A program made the position numbers and the translations under genes. DNA of 64,000 nt from Iphione sp. A-MEVVRFRX5 (lineage: Eukaryota): NCBI GenBank assembly GCA_976226885.1, contig OZ320315.1:35216001-35280000 (forward strand). Reading direction: 5' to 3'. The notes under the pieces are model-generated. The model made no database searches, had not been told where the DNA came from, and worked only from the letters and a program-made list of their open reading frames with translations. This document shows, in pieces, positions 49,741-61,322 of this stretch (position 1 is the first letter of the stretch; the number at the start of each line of letters is the position of its first letter).

Positions 49741-52700
49741 ACTACTACTTGTAGTACTTTCTGCTCGCTGCGGCCTGGCTCAGTGTGTCGTCTCTGCAGG
49801 CGAGGGTGCTCGGCACCGGATCAAGCGGCATCATTTATTCATCACTCAATTGACACCATAAAAAGAAGGCCAAGAACAGCAGGCTTCTTGCTCACCGCCA
49901 TCACCACCTGCACGGCAAGCACAGTTTCCATCGGCGAAGATTCGGATGATCATCGTTGGGCACGTGGCCCGGGATGGAGGAAATGGGAGAGGGAGGAGGG
50001 GGGGGGCGTTGACAGGAGAGTATCGCCCCAACCAGCAAGTCGGCTACGGACCCGTACTCCCAACCGCGCCCGAACGACAACCGCTAAAAGGGGCCCTTTC
50101 TTGTGTTGATTACTTTTCGCCCGCTCCATCTCATGCATATTCCATACAACTTCATTCCTATCATTGCGAGGTGCATTGTCCCTTCACGCCCTGCCACGGA
50201 GTAATGTCAAGACGTCATGTTTTTGTATGCATTTTTGATATCGAACAATCGTAGTAATCCCGCAACCACAGAAGCGTAAATCAAGACGGCGCTATTATGC
50301 ACCGGTGTCTAGTAGCGCCTTCATTCCCAATCTCGTTACACCATATCTCCTCGAGATGCTTAGACTAACAAAGAATAAATAGAAACGTACGTTGTAATCA
50401 AATCCCATTCCACAATGCCTTTCTCCGGAGACCCTCGCCTTACCTACGACGTTTGTCCACACTCATCTACATCTATACGCTGTTGTGGTCCCTAGATTGC
50501 ATCTTCCTCATCCAGTAAACTTCGACTCGCGGTTTCCCAAGCAACTTCTCAGAAGCCTTCGGTATACCTAACTAGCCTTAGGATTCAACTTGTGATAAAG
50601 ATAATGCATGCAGACGACAGGACAGATGTTATACTAATAAAAGTAGAATGGAAGAAAGGATAGTTCAGTATACATGTACTGTGCAGAAAGGTATTAATGA
50701 CTTCTGCGTCCATGTAACCTAGAGTCACGACAGATGCTTCATTTAATACCTAGATTTAATGACATGTGTTTCTATTTTTAAAATTCGTATTGTGTTTGTC
50801 CCGGTCATTGATGTCTATATCCTCCGTTGTTCTCTCATGGTTAGCACTTTCTCCGCTCTACTTTTTGCATTTTACTCTTGCGGTAAGTGGATGGGGTAAA
50901 ACTGACATCTAATCATTATTGGATTGATGCCTTACGGGCTAAAATTGTCTTAACGAGATGCCCCGTGGTAACAATTAAAAGTTCAGTGTGCTCAGTGTTT
51001 TTGTACATGTAATCAGTCACCGAGGACTAAGGCTTTCTTGTCGGAAACCATTTGCTCTGTGTGTCTTCTACTGATAATATTACTTTAAATTATTGCAAGA
51101 CCGGTCATTGTGTTAAGCACGTCGAACAGGTATCCAAGGAGTTTTCCAACTGAATAGAATAAACACGGAAAGTATTTACCCCTGCAGTCCTGCAATAGAC
51201 AAATATGCCCTTCCGTCTTCGTTTTTTCTCGCTTATGTACTTCGACATGTACTCTGTGATTTGTGCAGTCGGGAGAATTGCAAATTTGAGAAGCGAACGT
51301 GAACAGAACGACAGTGTATTTATTTTCCACCTCTTTATCTTCTTCATATGAGCCGGCTGAGTGCATCGATGCAGAAAGCCTGAAAAGGGTGAGGTTGGAG
51401 GCTGTCATTTTTAGATATTCAATTATAAAACGAGAGCGACGAACAGAAACAGCTTCCTCCCTACTGGAGCACCATAGAAGGCGCCACCGTCCTCTTCACG
51501 CTCATAGTCGCCATTGAAAATGGACACGGAGAACATTCAAATACACTGAGCGTCCCGGAGGCATTGAATCTGTATTAAATTTAGATGCTTATACAGCCAA
51601 CAAACAGTACCGAAACATTTCAACTTCTATATAAATTCGTAATGTTGCCGCTACATTCATTAGTACGTGAGTTTCACGTGCTACTTCCGGTTCTCCTATT
51701 TGGGAGGCGAGTATAGACGTATACCAGGGGTATCTTTTATCCTGCGGTAAACACCGAATTACCGAATGGCGTCTCCCAGTGGACAGACAGATTATCCTCT
51801 TTCAACGAGCCGCCCTCCTTCTGTAGAAAATCCAGTTACATTCTGGTTCATTTGTTAGCTATAATTAGCGCATCCAAGCCTGTCCCTAAGGGAAACATCC
51901 GATTGCAATGCAAATCCTTGCACTGCTGGACCACCGCTATTGGTGGTACAATTGCGCAAATACACTTCTTTCCAATTCATTTCGAACTAGTTTCGGTGTC
52001 CTCCCCCTCATTTAAAACTTTTAAGTGACATCTCGACTGGAGTCGAAGAGAATTGGTATTGATGCTGGTCATTAGGGCGTCTGAAATGACGGAAGCCTTA
52101 TGGCTTATATGGCACCTACGCCCTTCATTTTTTGGGGGTTATTACTTTTTCAACAGCATGGTTAAAGCGTCTTCCGTAAAGACACTTAAAAGACATTCAT
52201 AGTCCCGTTCCTTCACAATGAATTAAAATAGAAATGCGAGGTTTCAAGACTCCTTTAAAAGCATTCCTAAATATGAATCTTAGAATGCTCTCGACAAACA
52301 CTCCCTTTTTCTGGACCTGTTCTTAAGATGGCCAGAAAGCTCTTGTAATACCTTGCCTTTAGTACAATAATACTATCTCCATTCTTCCCCCTGCAGGGGA
52401 TTCCAATTTAAAAAGTGGGGAAGACACATTTCTGTCGTTCGTACATTTTCCGGGGAGAGGGAAATTCTTCTTCTGTGTCGTGTAAAAAGTTTCATATCTG
52501 AGGGATTCCTAAAGCAGATTATCGGATACGATAAGAAAAACCTCGCGGCATTAGTGAGCTGCTTGTGCCATTAGGGCCAACGTCTGAGCTGCTCTTATCC
52601 CCTCCCAACAAGGCAGGTTTTCCTATTGACGAGGTGACAGTTGCTCAGCCCCAACATCTATATGTCAGCACACGAACCCACACAGACACAGTATAGGCGA

Positions 52701-55700
52701 ACGTACGCACATCCACGACCATCATAGCAATTAGTCAAGTGGGCCTAAGCTTAGGCCTAACCTTTATGAACTAATATAACACACACACACTGGGATTTCT
52801 GCAAGAGGCTCTGGCATGTGCACACCTTTTTCATTTGCATCAAAGTGTAGTTGTGGTAGCGGGCAGTACAGTCATTTAATGCGCTGGTTCCTATACTAGA
52901 ACCAGTCGAGTTTTTGTTGCCACATCTGATAATAGACAATTGCCTTTCTGCCAAATGAATGCTGCTTCGGTGTTCTCTGAAAGCATTTTCAGATAGAAAA
53001 AAGAGGTACTTAGCAATGAACGAAGACTAGGCTCCCTCTGTACGTCTCTCTTTCCCTTTTATGGCTAAGCCGTTCGTGCTGGCTTGCGAATTATGGCTTT
53101 TCCTTCGCGATGACACTGTGGATTTATCATTTCAGATACAGACAATTCAATTTGATACCCAGTTCAGATTAAAGAAGGCAATAACGGCACTTCCTCTGAA
53201 TGAATAACACATCTTTCACACAGCTGTTGAGCTAGTAAAGTGTAACGGACCCCATTAGCTCGCGTGCCAAAGGGACCTAATTACAAGTTAGAGGCAGGCG
53301 GGCCTTGTCCACCGACGAACCGGTGACCTTTGGATTAAAGGACCGGCTTTTGTTACTACTGAGTCACCTTGGCTCCATTTGGAATCCAAACCGGTATAGT
53401 GAACCCAGGGTAGGCTTTCCCCCTTGAAGGGGGAGGGAGTGGCACCACTACTGAGGAATAGCTGCAGGAATTGGATTCCATTCACCACGGGCCGCTTAGC
53501 GCCACAGTTGTTGAGATGATTGGATCATTGATCGAACACTCTGTGATAATGATCCACCGTCTTCCCCGCCCCCCCAGCCGACCCCGCCCAACCCCCCTTA
53601 GTCCATCACGGCACCTTCAACTCTTCCTCAGCCACCTTCATCACGCACCCATCTCCAAAACATCCATCTAAAAGCTAAAGCCTGGATATGCCACAGGCCA
53701 AAAGCAGCCGGGGGACATGGTTGGCTCAAACCGACCGTTTCCACGCCGGGAAGATCGTGATGATATTTGATGCGATTTAACATCAGATTGACAGGTTCTC
53801 AATGCCAAAGAACTGACGCCACCCTCAAAAAAGTCGTAAAAGTCCATTTCGTGATTGCTGACAATAAGCCGTTTTCAGCGCCCACCAAATAAAGACAATA
53901 TTACACAACCTTGCCTACACCCTCTGAATTCATGTCCATGCAATGCATTTTCCTGAAATGTTACTAGATATGTGGATGTAATGCAATACAAGGAATACTG
54001 TACATGTATATCATATACATGTACTGCAATGTGAAGGACAATCTCCTGAATATACGTTAATATAAGTATTTTAACATAGTACATAATCTGTGATGGGTAC
54101 TGGCCCTAATATTTTAGCAGCAAAGGTTGTCTCCTACTAAAAATATACTTGTATTACCCACTGTATGCAATCATCTACGGTATATGCTAGTTCTTTAGCA
54201 CGTCGGCAAGTGGAGTTATTCCCCATTAATGAATTCTCAGTTTAGCTCTACAGTTGTCTGGCTTTCTACATTCTGTGTTTTTCTGGCCAAACGTGGACCC
54301 AAAGACAGTGTTCGAATGATTGGCATCATCCAATATACAGGATAGGGTTATTCCTGGATACAAGTCCCATTACGTTTGAGCCAATCCTGATGATTCCATT
54401 ATATTATACCACTGAAGCTGAAAGGTAACACGCTCCAGCGCTAGCTCTCCCTGGGCATTACCATGTCCATGTATTAGATCTTCAACAGTAATTTCCATCT
54501 CCGTGGTCTGTAATAAAGCTATTATGTCTGCTATTATAAATGCACACTTCCCCACGATCTTGCTGGATTCTTTACAATTTTTATACGCGTGTTAAACTAT
54601 GTGACAGAAATCTGACAGTCAACACATTATCAGATGCGTCCGTGCTTCAGACAGGTTTTCGTCTGAATTAACTTGACATCCAAAAATTAGCCCCGGGAAT
54701 ATCCTTCAACGATACATTCCTTCCTCGGCATCAGCCAGCATTCAAGATTTTCATTGCTGATCGGCGTTATTCGGAAAATTGAACTCGGCAGGTGAATTCA
54801 CTATACGAGTATTGTTCCGGGAGCATTAAATATTTACCGCCGGAGGACAAGCTGATGATCTATTATGATGGCAAGTTCCCGGGGGGAGGGGGTTCTTCAT
54901 ACCGTACTTGACAGGTTCCTCCAACGAGTGTCAGACGAGTACAACAGTATGTATATCGCTGGCAATATCATAGAGTCGCCCACAGTGAACAGCATATAGG
55001 TACTTCTACAAAAAAAATGACAGTGTTATAGTAGTGAGTAGAACTGCTTGGCGTGTGCCGATTGGTATATGGTCGGGAAAAACGCCAGACACCTGTACAC
55101 ACGGCGGAGTGTCAGATGTCAGGCAAATGGTTGCATGCAAAGGACCCGTTTGAACAACTTGTGGCTAACCACATGCAAGAGGGCAGCTATAGTCTATAGG
55201 GCACACCGTCTGTTGACCTGGCGGGGTGGGGGGAGGGGGGCAAGGCAGAGGGAGGACGAGGCCATACGAAAAGGGCCTTAAACAATCCCCCCCGGGGACC
55301 ACCTGCGTTCGTGGCCGATACTGGCCGCCGAGCTCCCCCGAGATGGCCCGACTCCTCCCTTCCTGCTTCGATGTACTATACGGGCTTGGGTCTTTGATGC
55401 AGTAGAAGCGTAGTACCATCTTTCACTCTCCGACCGACCCACTCACCCACTCACGCCCATGTCTATTCCACCCTTCTTCAGGGAGAAGAATCACCATGCC
55501 CTTTCACTGTACCAAGTATAAGAGAGGGCTCCAAAAGCCTGCTGGAACAACACTGGCACAGTGGGCTACGTATAACACATGTATGTTAACCTTACATCGT
55601 GTGGTTGTGCTTCGCTAAACATGTGCAGGGCGACAAAGCCGTCTTTCAGTGTGCACGAATTATGCCAAAAACCTATAGTTTTAATGCACCCTCATATTTA

Positions 55701-56293
55701 GATTAATATACGTGTATAAGTATTTACACGCATACGTATGTGCATCGGGACATATTTATGATTATACATGCAGATTTTATCAAAGCATCTCAATGTTTCA
55801 AACATAATGAATACTTTACATAATAAATACAATACAATGAACCCTGAACCACTTTACAAAGGAGGAATGCAACTATGCCTTCAATGTATCAAAGCTGTTT
55901 GGCGGTGTTTGTATAATGTATAACGAAATATCCTTCCTAACCAGGAAGGCAAACAGATGTCAAGGTAGCGACCTAGTGACTCGAACTTTGTTAGAAAGAA
56001 GTCACACAGCTTTGCACACGAACGAATGAAGAATTAAGTATGGTAGGCTAACAAGATGTAGTAATTAAATAAAATCATTTGACTCACAGTTAAAGTTATT
56101 CGACAAATTGCTTTTCCGTTTAAACCTCTGCGGTCAATTTTACTGGCTCGCCATCATCTTCACACGGATGGCATTACACACACAACACACGCGCACCCAC
56201 CCACACACATACCTCTCACCATCAGATATCTTTTTCGACGATACGGACCATATTCAATTCACATGATAACGTTAAGGTTATTTTCCTAACTAA

Positions 56294-56605
56294 GGGGCAA
56301 TTCACATGTATCGGTATTTTCCTACGTCTGCAGATCCGTAGACGTAGAAAAAAACATCCTATAACAATCAAGTAAACTGTTCACATGTGGCCGTATCCAT
56401 ATCTTCTACGTACACATAGATGACGAAATGGTCCAGGACAGGTTTTCTACATGTACCGATGCGTATAGTCCATAAGCTCAACGCTACAGAAACACCTGGT
56501 TAACATATGGTAGTAATTAATATTCATACTACAGGAGGTTGTCCACATCTCCACACGTAGATTTTTTTTCTTCCGTGTTTCGTACATGTACATGTGAATA
56601 GCCCC
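56294..56605. mobile_element. PIF/Harbinger-type (Tourist-like) MITE, 312 bp
   Basis: TIRs GGGGCAATTCACATGTA and GGGGCTATTCACATGTA (16/17). TAA target-site duplication at 56291-56293 and 56606-56608. No coding capacity. Confidence 0.85.
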
Positions 56606-57659
56606 TAATTATATCTATAAGCATTCATATCGATCAATGCATTTCAACGCTGTCCATTATTCCCCATTCTCTACTGGCAAAGTCAGCGATAAATTTTCAT
56701 GCAACAGAAAAAAAACACAGCAATAATCTAGACATCATAAAATATTCCGTCTGAGTCAATATGTGATCTGCCTTCCTCCTTTAAGTCTACCGGCGCATGG
56801 AGCTTATCCTCTTGTTAAATTAATTGTGGGCGGAACTCGCGAGCATCTGTTAAAAAGCCGCGGCGCCAGCCCTTTGAAAGTGACTGTACTCCAAGCACTA
56901 CATGTCTATGTAACAACATTATTCTATACAACCCTAATGTTGTTTAATGTTTCCCCGATGACGGACCAAATTAACTGAGAGCCTTTCGTTATTGGCAGTG
57001 ACAACATTGCCGCATCTAAACCACCTGCTGGGAATATTTCACAGACAATGGCTTTACAGAAACTACACTAATAGGAATTTATGACACCATGTGGTGTTTT
57101 TTTTGCTGGTTTGTGTTCGTTTAGCAGTTTGAAACAATGATGCATTGAGCATCAGAATAGGTTAATCCAAAACGAAAAGGAAAAACAAGGATGAATGTGA
57201 GCAACGGCAAACCACGTTTCTTTGTCAATAGTACGGAAGGGATGATTAAAAAGTATGACAACGGTCTTTGAGCAATATCAGTTCAATGTCTTATTGGGTT
57301 TTTTTCCCAAATGATCAAAGAACGCCATGGCATACTTGTAACAGGAGGGGACTTCTCTAACTTTCTATTAAAGTATAATCGTAGTTTCAATGTAGTGTTG
57401 ACCATTCAACATGAATCCCTCTTCTAAACACATGTACCACCACTGTTGAAAAGGACAAGATCGTAACGCCCTTTGCGATATTGTATGCATGATAATCAGC
57501 ATTCGTGTCTGATATATTCTCTCACATGAGATGTATCCACAGTGCTTGAGGAGGGGGGAAAGACAACGGACACTTTGGTTACCCCACGAAGTAAGATCCT
57601 CAACATGTATCATTGTGTATCATTCTTTTGCAAAAGGGTATAACTATAACTTGTGTATC

Positions 57660-57673
57660 TTTGCCATGGCAAC
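57660..57673. promoter_or_regulatory. RFX X-box-like palindrome
   Basis: TTTGCCATGGCAAC is 13/14 identical to GTTGCCATGGCAAC. Confidence 0.4.
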
Positions 57674-60600
57674 AGGCGATCATAGCGGGCAGAGCAAAGG
57701 AAAGCACGAAGACACACAGACAGACATTCACTCCCGAGGTCGTTTCCCCGCCACCGGACGAACCATGCCCTCCTGTACGATATGTAAGCAGTCACGATAA
57801 GTGTATAGGCTGTGACTATCTTAAAAAGGTTTCATGGTTTCCTGTAGGCAGATCAAGCGGTGGTCGGCAATGCCTAGCTACATGTGGTTACCCCCCCCCC
57901 TCCCCCTCTTCCTCGCCTCCCCGCAACATCCCCCACCCCCAATCTCGCCGTTATCCCCTGCACAAGCCGCCTAGCAACGGGCGTCCGCTAGGGTAAAAAT
58001 TGATGAGGCTAACATTAATCCAACGTCTCGTACATCTTTATGGCCTCACCTCCCGCTTTCTGCGGACAACTACGCCCCCTGACTGACGGACAATCTGCCG
58101 CCCCCGCCGCACATTGAGCTGCTCAATGACGTTCAACGGCGATGGAGCAGCTCTCAGCACTCAGCGGTATAGGGTCGGGTGAAGGGCTTCAAAGTATTCA
58201 TCTTTGACGTCGTTCCCCTACAATATGTGTATACACCCTCTTGGATGATGCAGCCTGTGTGCCCAGAAGTGAATGTAGAAATCATACTCCAGGAATATGA
58301 GTTGCACCAAATTCGGATTTGTTGTCGACTCAGATGCATTAAGAATGCTACACCGCACAATTATATGTACATTGTATTTTGACGCGAAGAGTAACACCAT
58401 GTTATTAGAAATACTGAGAAGGTGCACTTTCCTTCCCTATCTTAACTCTTTTCATCATACCCGACGGCTTGAGCCACTAGGTGTGCAAATCAAAGGAATA
58501 AAAGCACATTTTCCAATCTAGAGACAAATGACACTGCGAGGAAAGCAGTCAAATACTGTCTATACAGTCAATTAAGAAATGCATATTGTCTAAAGACAAT
58601 GCAATGATTCAATGCGAATATCTTTTGGGGGAAAAACCCAGATGAAATAGCTACAATTATCAAAACACGAATGTGCAATTTAAAAAAGAAAACGTGACAA
58701 AGGGACATATTTGTTATTTGAAATTCATGTTATCATTTTAGTCCTTCGTGGAGCACAACACTTTTAAACAAAGGCATGTTGCATTCTTTGTAGGTTCTTC
58801 GTGTTCTGCATTAAGTCGGTCTTCAAAAGATACCTTCTTCCCGGACTATACTACCATTGGGACAACCGAAAAAGAAAAGGGCGATTGAGGAGCGCGCCAT
58901 AATAAAAAGAAATCCAGGAAATGTTTTTTTTTAAAAAGGGTGGGGCGAGAGTGAGGGGGCGGATACTGCGCGAATGAGAAACCGGGAGAACCTGTTATTT
59001 GTGTTCTTCGGATAAAATCATGTTGAGCGAATTGCAGTCTCTAAAAGCCTGTAAATAACGCCACTACTCTATACTACTCACATCAAAGGCCCGCCCTTCT
59101 TCTCGGTTTTTACTTATAAGCAATTTCTTTTATGCTCCACAGAGTGAATAATTTTACCTTAAGAGCACGCACGTAAGCTCTTTGTATAATTTTTGTTTTA
59201 CAATAAGTCCCCGGAGGATTTTTTCCCCTTTTAATATGAGGGCATTAGTGTCGTTATCTCGTCATCTACATATTGCAAAAGCTAAAATGCTACATGATAT
59301 CTAATACATTAATGGGTATTTGCACCATTACAGGCGGAAGAAGTAAATGTTAGTTTCTGTTCCTCTTTGGCAATGTTCATTGTGTCCGTCTCGAATTCAC
59401 GTGTCACCTCCATTTCAAGAGCAGATACGTTTTTTTTTCAACGAAGGGAACAAAATGCATTTTAAATCACGATGTCCCCTCCATTTTTGATGAATAAGAA
59501 TTCAATAACACATGTAGGTTAAACTAAGAAAAGGGGAAAGAAATTTAACTGGAGGAAACCGAAACCGAGATCATGGCCACTGAATGAACTGCATTAGGCC
59601 GTTTTTAATCATTGCAATCAGATTTTTTGTTCATGATGACCTTTTCTACAGACTCGATCCTCTGACTTGTGTATCGACAATTTTCAAGATCATACCACCA
59701 TTTCAAGTATATCCCTTATGTTACAAGCCAGGATAGTTTCATCCAGATGGGATAGTTTCAGAGATAATCCAACCAAACCAAGCAATGCAGATGTCTGGGT
59801 TTTTTTTTCTTCAAAAACTAGAACATTCCATGCGCGCAGTACTGCAACTGCTACAACGCCTTATTCCCAAAGCCCTTGTATACAGTATCGCATAAACGCA
59901 AGAACAGGGGGAGGGGGGGGCTCTTCATATTACCTGTCATCAGCTAAACCATCCACAAGTCCGACCTCGCCACCCTTGGGGTCGGGTCAGCACCACAGAT
60001 TCATTACCGGCCGGGATTAGCCAAACGGAGCTGTTATTGCTGGCTCAATCTCGAGGGAGCTACCTACCTAGTGGGATGATATAAGACAAATAGCCCATCA
60101 CCATGACAGCCTATACGTGGAGGGCCGGCAACAATGCCTTGGTAACCAATTAGGCCTCGTTCATCTTTTGGGAGATGGCAGGTTCAGCTTTGTGCTGGCT
60201 AATTGCTGCGCGCCTGCCTGGCTTTCAACAGGCCGCCACTGGCATGCTGATCGATGTAAGGCCCTATAGTAAAGCACTGCTACGTACGGCAAACAAAACC
60301 GGCCATCTTTTGTTTTTGTTTTTTTTTTTGGGGGGGGGGAGCAGATGTCTAACCTGCTACATATGCCTTTACTTGCTCGGTACATTGTGAGAGTAATTTT
60401 TTTCCCACTGCTGCGCACGCTCTCGGGGCGTTCGTGGAATAAATAATGAGTGATTCGGTCCCGTGACCCCTCTTCGATGGTACGGTAATGACCGCACCTT
60501 TAAACTTTCTACCTTTTCTGTCCCTACGTCAACGGCAAGATTTCGTCAAGAGTATGTCATCTCACAATCGTAGAGCCATCTCATTAGCTCTCCGGTATAG

Positions 60601-61256
60601 GCCCCCTTTTCGTGTAATAGTTCTCTCTATCCGCGTCCCGTGGTTTGTGAGAGCTGTTTCTATTAAGAATTCAGTATTTTTTTCTCTCATCTCGTTCCAT
60701 TATTACACGCTGAAGGTGATTCATAATCATGCATCTTCTACGGTAATATTCTGCCTTTGGTCCCAGTACACGGATTAATCACATTAGCGGGGACAGCCGT
60801 CCTTCCGCCCAAAACAATAACTACTTCAAGCTTTGAAACCAAGAGCAAAAGGTCAAAAACAATAATGCATGGACCAAAGTACACCTGCTACGGTTGTGTT
60901 TTTTCCCCAAACCAGGTGCGCTGATTAATTTTTCCTGAGAAATCACCTCCTTCAGGCTATATCTGCTTTAACAGAAGTATGAACGCCATAAAACATATAT
61001 ATATGATGCTTCCCGAAAAAAAATGCGCCGGAAGTTCGCCCAAAGCCCTTCATTGTCATACGTTATGGTAAGCCGCATGTCTTGCACATACCTTGAGTTA
61101 CGAGGGCTCCCAGCCTCTCGGCGACTAATCACCGTGCTTCTATACCCGTTGACAAGCCATGTTGCCTTGACGATCATAGATGACACACACGGTATCCGCT
61201 TAATTCCCAATAAAAAGCCTTTGAACAATGGTTGGTGTAGCTCGAAGCTAAATGAA

Positions 61257-61267
61257 TCTCTCTCTCT

Positions 61268-61321
<54 letters not shown>
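61257..61321. repeat. Interrupted (TC)n microsatellite
   Basis: TC run with one interruption at 61267-61269; 25 perfect units at 61271-61320. Confidence 0.97.

Positions 61322-61322
<1 letters not shown>

Noticed and set aside
54226-54591. 122-codon minus-strand frame with one internal stop (…ITVEDLIHGHGNAQGELALERVTFQLQW…)
   Set aside because: No recognisable domain or clear splice sites. Such a stretch is plausible by chance in six frames of 64 kb.
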